Below, piece after piece: positions 36,236 to 45,959 of a stretch of 64,000 nt of DNA. Where the stretch lies: positions 1 to 64,000 of the IMG/VR virus record IMGVR_UViG_3300042564_006100. One strand, written 5' to 3'. This stretch comes from a virus. The notes under the pieces were generated by a model. The model saw nothing but the letters and a program-made list of their open reading frames with translations, was not told the origin of the DNA and did not search any database. Numbering within the stretch: the first letter of the stretch is position 1; every line of letters starts with the position of its first letter. Made by a program: the position numbers and the translations under genes.

Positions 36236-38021
36236 AATATTCCGCTGCCTCCTGGTGAGTGGTTTCCGCCGAGGCCAGCCAACCGGCGCGTGTCAGCACC
36301 TTGTGGTCGGGAGTGACGCGCACACCTCCGAAATCAATGGTTTCGCGGTCGCCCTGCTCGACGACGCCGGAGTGAGTAACCCACTCGACGCCATCCCAAA
36401 CGAGATCGTCCTGTCCGACTTGCTCGATGGGCATCCATCCGGAATTGGTGAGAACTTCCGTGCCTTCGCCCAAACAGTTCTCACACAATTTTCCGCCGTA
36501 GAAGGGAATCCGGCGACTGCCGCGCTCGACGCGGGCGGTCCATCCACCGGATGACCTAACATCGCGGTAGGTCAGTTTTCGCCCGGACGGGAGCTCGACG
36601 ACAAAGTCACCACCTGAGGATCGTTTGAAGTCGTTCTGCAGTTGGTTCCACAGCGCAGTGATTTTGCGGTTCGACCCGCGGAACGACTCAACAGTGCGGG
36701 TCGCTTCCTGGGAGCTGATCGTGATGCCGGCCATGGTGCGGGCGACTTCGACGAAACGCTCGGGGCCGCACCCGTATCCCAGACCGAGGACGCGGGCTTT
36801 CGCCAGCGAGTAGAGCTCGGCGTTCTCCTTCTTCAGATTGCCGCCAGTCCACCCCATCGTGGCGCGGGCGTGCGCCTCGTAGAGCGGGACGCCATCGGCA
36901 AGTTGATCCAGTAGGACGGTGTCGCCACAAAGCCACGCGAGCACCCGTGGTTCGATCTGCGAGAGGTCACAGATGATGAACTCCTTGCCGGGGCGTGGCA
37001 CGATGCACCCGCGAAGGTCGGCACCGTAGGATTCCCCGCGTGGCAAATTCTGGCAGTTGAATCCGGAGTCGCCGCTCCACCGACCGGTGTGGGCACCAAA
37101 ATATTTGAGACCGAAGCCCATGCAGCCATCCGTCGGGCGAATCCGATCCTTCATCACCCGGAGCTTCTCACGCAGCGCGTTGGTTTTGCGGAATGTCCGC
37201 ATCGCAGCGACCCACGGAAACTTCTCGCCGTGGATATTCTCCCATGCAGCACACGCTGGGTCGTCTTCGGAAGTGGACGGCGGCGGTGGGATAGAGTTGG
37301 CCCGGCAATGTTCTCCTAGGGATTTAATCGAGAGCACGGCGGCATCGCCATCGGCCCACGGGATGTCGTTGCGGGCCTGCCACATCACAAGGTCGAGGGA
37401 GGCGACCGCCTGGTCGGCGAGTTCCGTGTCGATGCGGACGCCGCGCCAGCCTGACGTCATCGTCAGATGGGCAAGCTCGCGTTCGTTTTCCGGCCACTCA
37501 TGCGAGTGCTGCTGCCAAAGGTCGAAGCAGGTCCGGGCGTCCCGAATGACGTAATCCCGCATCTCGTCGGCGCGGCCGGCGTCCACCGCGTCCTGCCAAG
37601 TCCTGCCTTTCATCCAAGTGCGCAGGTCCTTGGTGACATCGACGCCGAGGAGCTCACGGGCCGCGCCAGCCAGATTCCGTGGCGCTCCGAGATACACCGA
37701 AAGGTTGGCCGTGCATCCACCACCGGCAAACTCGATATGGTCGGGAATCACGCCGTCGCGGGCGAGCTTTGCCAGCACGAGTCCGTCCCACGAAAGGTTG
37801 TGGGCAACGATGAACTTGCCGTGGAGCAGGCTCCAATCAAAGTCCTTCGGGTGGCCGGCCCATTCGATGCCCTCACCGACAACACCCATGAGGTAGATGT
37901 CGCACCTGGGGTCGTTCAAATAGTGCCACTGACCGAGCGACTTGATGTCGCAGCCCTTGCCGTAGAACGACTCAAAGTCCACGGCGACGACAGACGGCAT
38001 GGAAGTTGAATCAGTTTCCAT
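36222..38021 (-). CDS. Family A DNA polymerase N-part fused to split-intein N-half (84 aa)
   Basis: DFES exonuclease, HTGRWSG, QNLPR, DLSQIEPR, KARVLGLGYG; then CLGEGTEVLT...TPDHKV. Confidence 0.9.
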   Translation of the reverse strand: METDSTSMPSVVAVDFESFYGKGCDIKSLGQWHYLNDPRCDIYLMGVVGEGIEWAGHPKDFDWSLLHGKFIVAHNLSWDGLVLAKLARDGVIPDHIEFAGGGCTANLSVYLGAPRNLAGAARELLGVDVTKDLRTWMKGRTWQDAVDAGRADEMRDYVIRDARTCFDLWQQHSHEWPENERELAHLTMTSGWRGVRIDTELADQAVASLDLVMWQARNDIPWADGDAAVLSIKSLGEHCRANSIPPPPSTSEDDPACAAWENIHGEKFPWVAAMRTFRKTNALREKLRVMKDRIRPTDGCMGFGLKYFGAHTGRWSGDSGFNCQNLPRGESYGADLRGCIVPRPGKEFIICDLSQIEPRVLAWLCGDTVLLDQLADGVPLYEAHARATMGWTGGNLKKENAELYSLAKARVLGLGYGCGPERFVEVARTMAGITISSQEATRTVESFRGSNRKITALWNQLQNDFKRSSGGDFVVELPSGRKLTYRDVRSSGGWTARVERGSRRIPFYGGKLCENCLGEGTEVLTNSGWMPIEQVGQDDLVWDGVEWVTHSGVVEQGDRETIDFGGVRVTPDHKVLTRAGWLASAETTHQEAAEYYAEA

Positions 38022-38394
38022 GCTGATTGTCTGGATGAGAGCTACGAACGATCAGTTCTAATGTCCGATCCGCGTCTTCATTGAAGTCGAGGTCAGGCTG
38101 GCATTCGCTCCGCGCCTGCCATGCTCCAGCCAAAAGGCCACAATCGAGAAGGCTGAGGCCATTGACCACATGATCCGCAATCCGACGGCACCTGTCCTTC
38201 GCGCATATAGCCACAAGATCCATGGCGAGGCGCTTTGATCGCGGCAGTCCCTCGTTTGATGCAATTTCTTCTCGAAGAAGTTCCCACTCAGCATTGAGCT
38301 CTGCAGCTCGGATTAGAGCGTCGAGCAACGATCGCTGAATTTCGTCAGCATTTAGTGGAAGCGGTTCTGGGTGGTCTGTGTTAGCCATACCCAT
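38011..38394 (-). CDS. Hypothetical protein
   Basis: ORF between hairpin 38403-38436 and polymerase. Confidence 0.45.
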   Translation of the reverse strand: MGMANTDHPEPLPLNADEIQRSLLDALIRAAELNAEWELLREEIASNEGLPRSKRLAMDLVAICAKDRCRRIADHVVNGLSLLDCGLLAGAWQARSECQPDLDFNEDADRTLELIVRSSHPDNQHGN

Positions 38395-38454
38395 AAATGC
38401 GACACGACCGGCCGGGATTGGCCCCGACCGGTCGTGAAGTAGTCAGTTTCTGAA

Positions 38455-39195
38455 TCAGCCGACGAGCGAGAGCGCGAAAGCGGCGAATGGATCAGTGTGA
38501 CGCACCCCGTGGCGAAGCACTGGGACGTGAACAAAGTTCATCCCCAGCTTTTCGCGGCGCGAGGTCAGCGACCACTCACCGAGGTGGAGTCCATCGCGCA
38601 ACGCGAACTGCGAGGCGGTGATGATCGTCTTGCCCGCACGGGTGAAGGCGGTGGAGCGCAGCGTCCAGAGAGCCAGTCCGTAGTCTGCGTCTCCAAAGCG
38701 ATGCGGGAACATCGGATGCTCCGGGAACGGCGAGCGCACCAGGACAAGCGCGTTGAGGATTGGCGAGAACGGCGGGCGTTGGTTGTCGCGCCAGTCGATC
38801 CAGCCGCCTGCAGCGCGGACTTCCTCCAGGGTGTCGAACACGCGGGGCATCTCCTCGCCGCCATAGGGGACGTATTCTTGGTATTGCTTTCGGATCCGCA
38901 ACACGGTGAGGGAAACCGGCTGAGTTCCGTCCGTGAGCGTAACCTCCTTGTTATAGACGAAGGCTCCCGGTTGGAACGTCTCCGACAGCGGGCCGACTGA
39001 CTGGACGAGGTTGAGGCGCGGCAGAACAAAGTCCTCCGGCAGAAACTCACCTTCGAGCGGACGGGACGGCAGCGACGAAAGCGAGGTTTCTTCGTGGTCG
39101 TGGGATTCCTTCAATACCGGGGTGACCGGAGCTTGAACGGTATCGGTGATAGCCGCAGGAGCGGCTCCTTCAGTGCGTTTGAACGATGTCAACAT
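38455..39195 (-). CDS. Putative ssDNA-binding/annealing protein
   Basis: DFVLPRLNLVQ; position between exonuclease and PolA. Confidence 0.55.
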   Translation of the reverse strand: MLTSFKRTEGAAPAAITDTVQAPVTPVLKESHDHEETSLSSLPSRPLEGEFLPEDFVLPRLNLVQSVGPLSETFQPGAFVYNKEVTLTDGTQPVSLTVLRIRKQYQEYVPYGGEEMPRVFDTLEEVRAAGGWIDWRDNQRPPFSPILNALVLVRSPFPEHPMFPHRFGDADYGLALWTLRSTAFTRAGKTIITASQFALRDGLHLGEWSLTSRREKLGMNFVHVPVLRHGVRHTDPFAAFALSLVG

Positions 39196-39241
39196 GATGT
39201 TAGTTTGCTTGATGGTCTGGTTGTTTGTGTTAGTCGCCCGT

Positions 39242-40348
39242 TCACTTACGTGTCCGGGTGAGAAAGGTGGATTCGCCGCCGGCCTCGTAGGCACCGACAG
39301 CCGCGAGGGCTTCGCAGAGTTCGTGTTTTGCCTTTGCTTTGCCGCCACGTGGGGCGTTCGCCGCAACTGCGTCTTCGAGCTTCGTCAGGCTGACATCGCA
39401 GCAGGCAATGAAGAGGTCGGGTTCGACGCGGTCCCGGACCACCCCCCACGCGGCCAGCGCGTCATTGATCTTGCGATTGCCTGAGCGAGTCCGCAGCTCG
39501 TGCCGTGGGATCTCGACACCCGAGAGGCGCATCTTGAGCGCGTGGTGGCGCACGCTTTCACACCACTTCTCCATCACGCGGGCGACCTGAAGTGCCCGGG
39601 CCATCACCGAAGGGTCGGTAATGTGGGATGGGCGGACCTCTTCAGGGAGGACAAGCTCGTCTGAGTAACCGGAAGCAAGCTTCAAGGCGTCGTTGTGGAG
39701 CGCCGCACACGTCGCCTTCTTGCGGCAGTAAAGGCATCCATCAGTTGGTCGGAGCTCGGGCTCGGGCAGCGAGGCCCGGGCGATAATCGTCTCAATCCGA
39801 AGCCTCAGCCGGAATTCATCGGCGCGGGTGTATCTGGCGGTGGAAACCTCGTCGCGACGCGGGAGCAGGATGTGGACATTGACCGCCTGAACGTCGGGGA
39901 GCTTCTCCAACACGCCCAGCGCGTAGCACTGCATCTGAACGTTTTCCTCGGCATCGGCCACCGGGTTGCGGCCGAATTTGAAGTCAATCAGGTCAGCGAC
40001 GGTGCCTTTGGCTGAAACCATCACGAGGTCGGCAGTGCCGAAGGTGAGTCGGCTAGCGATTTCGAGCTTCACCTCACGCATGATCATGACCTCGCCATGG
40101 ACACGGGCATCAGCCTCGATGCTGGCAGCATAGTCGCGGCACATGCCGACGACCTGGAGCTGCTCGTCATCAAGCCCGTCGTCGTTGCCGGTTTCAAGGG
40201 CGAGGTGGCAACGGGTGCCTTCCTCGCTCGCCACCGATGGAGTGGAGTCGGATCGATAGCCCGGGCAGACTTCTTTGAGTGCGAGCGAACTTGGCGAGTG
40301 TTCGGCATGGGGCCGATCCTCGGCGGGGGCGGTGATGATCTCAGTCAT
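39242..40348 (-). CDS. Cas4-like PD-(D/E)XK exonuclease (DUF2800)
   Basis: HSPSS..C, EGT..H, FGTAD, IDFKFG, QMQCYA, CLYC...C. Confidence 0.85.
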   Translation of the reverse strand: MTEIITAPAEDRPHAEHSPSSLALKEVCPGYRSDSTPSVASEEGTRCHLALETGNDDGLDDEQLQVVGMCRDYAASIEADARVHGEVMIMREVKLEIASRLTFGTADLVMVSAKGTVADLIDFKFGRNPVADAEENVQMQCYALGVLEKLPDVQAVNVHILLPRRDEVSTARYTRADEFRLRLRIETIIARASLPEPELRPTDGCLYCRKKATCAALHNDALKLASGYSDELVLPEEVRPSHITDPSVMARALQVARVMEKWCESVRHHALKMRLSGVEIPRHELRTRSGNRKINDALAAWGVVRDRVEPDLFIACCDVSLTKLEDAVAANAPRGGKAKAKHELCEALAAVGAYEAGGESTFLTRTRK

Positions 40349-41685
40349 ACCATCTCCTGCGCTACCGGCATTTGAAGTTGGCCCTGCAAATCTCCGTCGT
40401 TGAGGGTGTCGATCTGAGCGAGCTTCGTTGCGACAGCATCACAGGCATCCTCCTCACAGGTTCCGGCAGCAAAGACGATGCGCTGAATTGAATGAGCACC
40501 ACCCGCACGATGGACGCGACCGAGGGCCTGTCTAAGATCCTGCGCGGAATACGTGGGCGAAATAAGCGAAAGCCTCGGTTTCCCACACGTCGGGTCATGC
40601 AAACTCACACCCACTCCACCGGCGCGGATATTGCACACGATGAAATCCTCCTCGTTGTTCTGGAAACTAAAAATCGCCCGTTGGCGTTCCGATTCTTTTT
40701 GGTTTCCACGAATGACGCAGGTGGTCCCCAAAGCCTTCGCAACCTCATCGATCGTCGAGTCAAAGTTGACGAAAATGGCGACCGACATCCCTTCTTCGAC
40801 GCCATCCTTGGCCATCGCGACAATCGCTTTTGTTTTAAGCGACTCAATCTCTTGCCGTGCCCGCAGGAGGATCGTTAGGTGGTTCGCTTTGGAAGCGTCC
40901 ATCTGGTTGGCGAGATCATCCAATTCCTGATCGTCCTCAACAGCCATTGCCCGATTGAGGTCTCTCTTCATTCGATCATAGACCGCCTGAATTTTCCGCT
41001 CCGCGCCGGTGTCCACTGGCTCGGCGATGATCTGGGTTTTAGGGAACTCAGGAATATCCGCGATCCTGAGACGAGAGCCGGGGCCTCCAGGCCTGAAGAT
41101 TCGCCCGTGCAGCTGCTCCAAGGCATAAAGGTCGCCGTCAAACTCCATGCCGAACCGCCCCTTCGACACCCCATGGCGGGTCGCCCAGCCCCAGTAATCG
41201 AAAACACGATGAAGTCCGAGGGCGTAGCCGATCGCCCGCATCTCAAGCGGGTTGGACGCCGCTGTCGCCGAGCACATGAGAAGCCGAAGACCCTGGCGCT
41301 TCGCGCCGATCAGCATTTCAGCGGCCTTGCTGCTGCGCGCCTTGCACCGCTGTGCTTCGTCAAACACGACTAAGGTGTTCGGCGGGACCGACCAGATGAA
41401 TTGGTCGCCAACGAAGCGCCCATAGGGGGTCTTCCCGAGCCGGATCTGCTCATAGTTGGTGATCGCGACAACCGGAGCGCCGAAGGCAGCGGCCACCTTT
41501 CGCCACGCAGGAAGGACGGCTTTCGGTGCGACCACGAGCAGGGAGTATCCGCCCTCCCTCGCGACGTGTGCCGTGACGTAGGTTTTTCCGACTCCCGGAT
41601 CGCTCGCGTCGAGCGCAACACGGTTCTGGCGGACGGATTCAAGGACACGCTTTGCGTGCTGTATTTGGAATGGTAGTAGGTCCAT
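40345..41685 (-). CDS. SF2 (SNF2-like) helicase
   Basis: PGVGKT, DEAQ, SAT, QALGRVHR. Confidence 0.88.
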   Translation of the reverse strand: MDLLPFQIQHAKRVLESVRQNRVALDASDPGVGKTYVTAHVAREGGYSLLVVAPKAVLPAWRKVAAAFGAPVVAITNYEQIRLGKTPYGRFVGDQFIWSVPPNTLVVFDEAQRCKARSSKAAEMLIGAKRQGLRLLMCSATAASNPLEMRAIGYALGLHRVFDYWGWATRHGVSKGRFGMEFDGDLYALEQLHGRIFRPGGPGSRLRIADIPEFPKTQIIAEPVDTGAERKIQAVYDRMKRDLNRAMAVEDDQELDDLANQMDASKANHLTILLRARQEIESLKTKAIVAMAKDGVEEGMSVAIFVNFDSTIDEVAKALGTTCVIRGNQKESERQRAIFSFQNNEEDFIVCNIRAGGVGVSLHDPTCGKPRLSLISPTYSAQDLRQALGRVHRAGGAHSIQRIVFAAGTCEEDACDAVATKLAQIDTLNDGDLQGQLQMPVAQEMV

Positions 41686-41779
41686 GTCCTCTCACTGCGG
41701 CGACCACCAACCGATTTGGCCCCTGATGCTGGACAAAAATTGCACCCGCCTCGGTGGCCCGAAGCGGGTGCCGCAAGCG

Positions 41780-42355
41780 TCAAGCATCGCGCAGCCAGGC
41801 CATCGCGTGCTGGAGACGAGTCAAGCGGATGCGGGCCATCTTGCGTGATATCCCAAGATCACGAGCGGCTTCCGAGAGATTGCCGCCGCTTGCATCGAGC
41901 TTCTCAGCCATATCACGGAGTTCGCATGGCAGATTCGCCAGAGCGTCATCCAGATCCATCGACATCTCACGGCGCTCGGGCCACGAAGCCGGCCGACCGA
42001 AGGCGACGTCGAACGCCTTTGCCAGATCCATTAGATCAGAAAGGCACTCATTCTCGTCATCGGAATCTGAGGCAAAGTCGTTCATAGAGAACGCCACTTG
42101 CCGCCAGTCACGGCACGCCCGTTCCTGTCGGCGGAGCAGGTCTATCATCGCGTGTTTTACAATTTGGCAGACCGCAGCCTCCAAGATAGCTTCGTCCAAA
42201 CCTTTCAGCGATCGCCACACCTTGAGATGCAGCTCCTGCTCGATGTCTGGAACGTCCGAGGCAGTGAAGCCGTAACGTCCAATTAGTTTTTTTACTTCCC
42301 GTCCAATGACGGCGACGATGTGCGGGTCGAGGCCCGTGTAGTTGTTAGTTTTCAT
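41780..42355 (-). CDS. ECF-like sigma-70 family factor
   Basis: DIEQEL...IDLLR region 2; ALANLP...LSEAARDLGISR region 4. Confidence 0.7.
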   Translation of the reverse strand: MKTNNYTGLDPHIVAVIGREVKKLIGRYGFTASDVPDIEQELHLKVWRSLKGLDEAILEAAVCQIVKHAMIDLLRRQERACRDWRQVAFSMNDFASDSDDENECLSDLMDLAKAFDVAFGRPASWPERREMSMDLDDALANLPCELRDMAEKLDASGGNLSEAARDLGISRKMARIRLTRLQHAMAWLRDA

Positions 42356-42431
42356 CCGGCCTGGGTGGCCGGGTGTCAAAAGGTGGTTGTTGGGATGGCG
42401 CGGATGGCGACTGTGCGGATGGTGCCGAAAA

Positions 42432-42490
42432 CAAAAGGGCAGGCCGTCGTGGATCGCTTACTGCGACACCCACAACGACCTGCCCCTTGG
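42432..42490 (-). other. Long stem-loop upstream of sigma gene
   Basis: 42437-42452 pairs with 42470-42485, inner TCGC/GCGA hairpin. Confidence 0.5.
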
Positions 42491-42535
42491 GCCCGGCCTA
42501 TTGTCTGGTTAGTTAGATAATTTACGGACTGATGA

Positions 42536-42856
42536 TTATGCAGCCACTTCGCGGATCATGCGAAACGGCAGGCCACCCTTGACTTCGAGCGTGAGGAGTT
42601 CACCGCTCCCGATTTTTTCGAGCTGCTGGAACAGCTCGACGTGCTCTTTCTTCATGACGAAGTCGGCCAGTCCCGCTTCACGGCGCGGCCCGTCTGCTGC
42701 GCCGAATTTGGTTTCGGCGATAATCTTGGCTCCCGGGCCGAACACCGGATCGCCGCTGACGACGGTGAGGTGGTCGATTCGGGAATACGGATACTCCTGC
42801 ATGACGCGCAGGAGGTTTTGGCGTGCGGCAGAGAGGCCGCGGAATGATTGGTCCAT
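42536..42856 (-). CDS. Hypothetical protein
   Basis: LSAARQNLLRVMQ...LEVKGGLPF. Confidence 0.65.
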   Translation of the reverse strand: MDQSFRGLSAARQNLLRVMQEYPYSRIDHLTVVSGDPVFGPGAKIIAETKFGAADGPRREAGLADFVMKKEHVELFQQLEKIGSGELLTLEVKGGLPFRMIREVAA

Positions 42857-42948
42857 GTTGTTTTAGTGGTTAGGTTCGAATGGAGGCCGCGTTGTTGATA
42901 GACCCGTGTCCCGTGCGGCCTGCCTCGGGCCGGAACACGGGAAAGAGG

Positions 42949-43290
42949 TCACTCGGGGGAGCCGGGGAACTCGCGGCTCAGGTCTGCGGCGGCGCACTCA
43001 CCCGCATCGGCGTCGTTTTCGTTGGCGAGGTCGGCCAACTGCCTGGCGCGCTCGTCTCCAGGTTGAGGACGATCCTCGCCCGAAAGCCAGGCGCGCACCT
43101 TGGCTGGAATAAACCGCACCATGCCACCGACCAAAATTGCCGGGAGGCCTTGCTGGCGGAGGGTGAATACTTGACGCTCCGAGCAACGGAGGTATCTGGC
43201 AACGTCTGGGGTTGACCAGAGGACTTCGAGTGAATCAGGCGGATTTTTGCGGAAGTGGTTTGTAGGCTTCATGAATTTGCTGGGGTTCAT
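42949..43290 (-). CDS. Excisionase/Cro-like HTH protein
   Basis: WSTPDVARYLRCSERQV...GLP...VRF. Confidence 0.75.
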   Translation of the reverse strand: MNPSKFMKPTNHFRKNPPDSLEVLWSTPDVARYLRCSERQVFTLRQQGLPAILVGGMVRFIPAKVRAWLSGEDRPQPGDERARQLADLANENDADAGECAAADLSREFPGSPE

Positions 43291-43299
43291 GGAGCTGGG

Positions 43300-43335
43300 C
43301 GGACAAACCGTGTCCGAATCCGGACAAACCGTGTC
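43300..43335. promoter_or_regulatory. Operator-like direct repeat CGGACAAACCGTGTC x2 (21-bp period)
   Basis: 43300-43314 and 43321-43335, quasi-palindromic. Confidence 0.55.
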
Positions 43336-43341
43336 TTTGTG

Positions 43342-43376
43342 AAAAAAAAGAGCGGCCGTAATGGCCGCCCTTTTTG
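43342..43376. terminator. Bidirectional terminator-like hairpin
   Basis: A-tract, GCGGCC-GTAAT-GGCCGC, T-tract. Confidence 0.65.
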
Positions 43377-43404
43377 AACTCGGGGGTAGATGGAAGCTGA
43401 TTTC

Positions 43405-44679
43405 TCATGTCAGCCATTGCAGCCGTGGCTGCTCTTTTGGAGGCGAATAGCTGAAGCTTGTGCAGCGAATAATTGTTGTATCGAGGTGCCCTACCAAATC
43501 ACCAAGGCTTGAATCCTTGTGTTGGATTATCCAGCGATCTATTGATCTTTTCAGCGTTTCGGCTTCTTTGGTCACATCGTCATTCTCAAGTTTCACGATT
43601 CCCTTAAAATAATCGGAGAGTCGGTTGTTGCTGCAAAAGTCCTTCCACTCTTTTTCTGCTTCCTTATGTTCGCTACTGCCTTTACCAAAATCACTTTTGG
43701 CTCGTATCACTTCTTGCATGATTTCTCTCCCATCAGCCTGTTGCTCTGGCGTCAGATCCTTAATCGTTCTGGCGGAGGTTCCTTTTGATCTTTGATACGC
43801 TTGATCCGTGGTTTCCGCCTTACGGTTGAATAACCGGTCATCAGATGTGGCGTTCAATTGATTCGTGATCTCCGACGCTGTGAATTCTTTTCCGGGATTT
43901 CTGAGGAGTAACCAAATGCGATCCATAGCAACCCCATGCGGGAGAGCAACCGGAGTCGTCGTGTTGAAACCCACCTCCCAGGAATTCGAACCTTTGACTC
44001 TGCGGAAGAAGTATCCAGATTTCCTGCCCGCGCCCTCGTCAGGAAGTCGTGCCAGTTCGAGATCCAAACTCTCTTCGGTGGTAATCTGGTAAAGATTCTC
44101 CAGAAACAACCCCTGCTTTCCCAATCGCGACGCCTCGGGTGCGGCGACAGTATTCGTAAATGGCAGCAGAAGAAGGTGCTGATAGCCTGCTCCGTCGAGA
44201 TCAAGCGTCCTGATCGCGGCTAACAATTTTTCAGTTAAGGCCGGGCCTGGGTAGTAGAGGATACGAAAAAGCCTTCCACTTAGGGATGTCGTGCCAACTG
44301 TCCAGAGTTGCCCCTCCGTGCTGACCTCGCGTTCTGTGCCGCAGAGACGTGCGATCCACCTAGCCATCCCCTGATGGCTGAATCGGAGACGCTCTACTTC
44401 GGTCGCCTCAACCTTGATCCAGTCACGTCCCGGGTCTGACAGGTCTACCAAAAACAAGCCGCCAGCGGTTTTTCGGACCGCGACGCGCCCAAATAATGGG
44501 TGATCCATTTCTTCGGCCACTCCGATCTTCCCCAGAACCTTTTCAATACGGAGAAGATCGAAGCCAACCGGTGAAATTGCCTGCAACTCGGCAACAGTGA
44601 AGCACGGGCTGGTTGTTTGGCCTGCGCGATCAACAAGTAACCGCATCAGGCTCCGGAAGGAGGAGGACATTGGCGTCAT
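43405..44679 (-). CDS. Hypothetical protein, possible C-terminal winged helix
   Basis: 424 aa ORF; IWLLLRNPGKEFTASEI. Confidence 0.6.
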   Translation of the reverse strand: MTPMSSSFRSLMRLLVDRAGQTTSPCFTVAELQAISPVGFDLLRIEKVLGKIGVAEEMDHPLFGRVAVRKTAGGLFLVDLSDPGRDWIKVEATEVERLRFSHQGMARWIARLCGTEREVSTEGQLWTVGTTSLSGRLFRILYYPGPALTEKLLAAIRTLDLDGAGYQHLLLLPFTNTVAAPEASRLGKQGLFLENLYQITTEESLDLELARLPDEGAGRKSGYFFRRVKGSNSWEVGFNTTTPVALPHGVAMDRIWLLLRNPGKEFTASEITNQLNATSDDRLFNRKAETTDQAYQRSKGTSARTIKDLTPEQQADGREIMQEVIRAKSDFGKGSSEHKEAEKEWKDFCSNNRLSDYFKGIVKLENDDVTKEAETLKRSIDRWIIQHKDSSLGDLVGHLDTTIIRCTSFSYSPPKEQPRLQWLT

Positions 44680-45787
44680 GAAGTTTTGAGATAATTTGAG
44701 AGGTGTCAGCCCCCCGTTTGAACTCGATCTTGTTTGGCGAGGTGAGGATGACTTTACGGCGGCGGGTGACCCCGTCGACGGGCATTTTCAGGGTAACCCT
44801 TCGTATTGATGCCTGACGGACCGTATCCAAGCGCTGATCACGCCGCAGGATCTCAAGTATGTCGGAACCGGTGATACGGTAACGGGCCATCATCTCATCA
44901 TGTGCCGGGGAGTAGTCCACTTCAGTGAGGAGAGTGCGATCCTCCAGCGCCTCAGGTAGATCTGGGTCTTCAGCAAAGAGCTCCGACAACTGCAGAATGG
45001 AAGACGCACCGGACCATTCATAGGCACCCGGATCTGCAAGGAAGGACTCTGCAAATGCGCGCCGCATAGGATCGGTCAGCCGACCGTAACCGGAGCGAAT
45101 GCCCAGCATGCCGGTGGCTGGTTCAAAAAGAGCGGCATCGAACTGGAGGTCCCTTGCCTCTTCCCTGGAAAGGCTAGGCGAGGTTTCCGTGCCGCTGAGT
45201 CGACGCTGGGCGCGAGGTGATTTCTCAAAATAAAACCCGATTGTGAACATCTCGGTATCCTCGAACCGGCGTAGTAAGATCCTGCGGCTGCCGAATTTAC
45301 TGCCGCAGCTGGCGGCAATGAGGGTCCGAAACGTATTGGTGGCGGTATTCAAATCGGTGACCAGTGTGACGGGGCGGCAAGGTTTGAACATCTGCAGCGA
45401 ATCGCATTTGCGCACCTCATCCAAGCTCAACGCCGTTTCAAAAAGGTCGCGCCGTGTGGAAAGAACGTGGAGTGCAAGGCATTCGGAGGTCAGACCAAGC
45501 GTGTACGGGCTGGACAAGCGTGAAGCTCGGAGAGCCGCTAGGATTTGATCGTGACCTTCAGGGGAGGTCATTTCCCACGCTTCCACCATACCAGACGTCA
45601 AAACGCGGTATTCCTCAGGAGAGCAGGTGCCCAGATGAGCTGAGAATGCGGCAGCGGAAACGACGGGTCGGGCCACTGTCAGGCCTGCGGCGGGTATGGA
45701 TTGGAGGTATTCTTCGAGAATTTCCTCGTGCCCTGCAAGGGTATGAAGGAAAGCCTCATGGTCGAAGTGGTTCAGGTTACGTGACAT
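44630..45787 (-). CDS. Hypothetical protein
   Basis: 385 aa ORF overlapping next gene. Confidence 0.6.
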   Translation of the reverse strand: MSRNLNHFDHEAFLHTLAGHEEILEEYLQSIPAAGLTVARPVVSAAAFSAHLGTCSPEEYRVLTSGMVEAWEMTSPEGHDQILAALRASRLSSPYTLGLTSECLALHVLSTRRDLFETALSLDEVRKCDSLQMFKPCRPVTLVTDLNTATNTFRTLIAASCGSKFGSRRILLRRFEDTEMFTIGFYFEKSPRAQRRLSGTETSPSLSREEARDLQFDAALFEPATGMLGIRSGYGRLTDPMRRAFAESFLADPGAYEWSGASSILQLSELFAEDPDLPEALEDRTLLTEVDYSPAHDEMMARYRITGSDILEILRRDQRLDTVRQASIRRVTLKMPVDGVTRRRKVILTSPNKIEFKRGADTSQIISKLHDANVLLLPEPDAVTC

Positions 45788-45959
45788 TGTTTTGGTTATT
45801 TGCTTAGGGGCGACACGTCGCAACCGCAGGAACGTCCTGCGGTATAGCTTGCACCGCGCGACAGAATTTTCACGATTTTGCTTGAATGGTCAAATGGTTT
45901 CTGAAACTTTCCTTCCACAGTGCTCGCTATACTGCGTGCATCGATATCCAATCTCCCGC

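Noticed and set aside
39242-40348. Cas4-like nuclease as part of a CRISPR system
   Set aside because: No array or other cas genes; normal phage replication context
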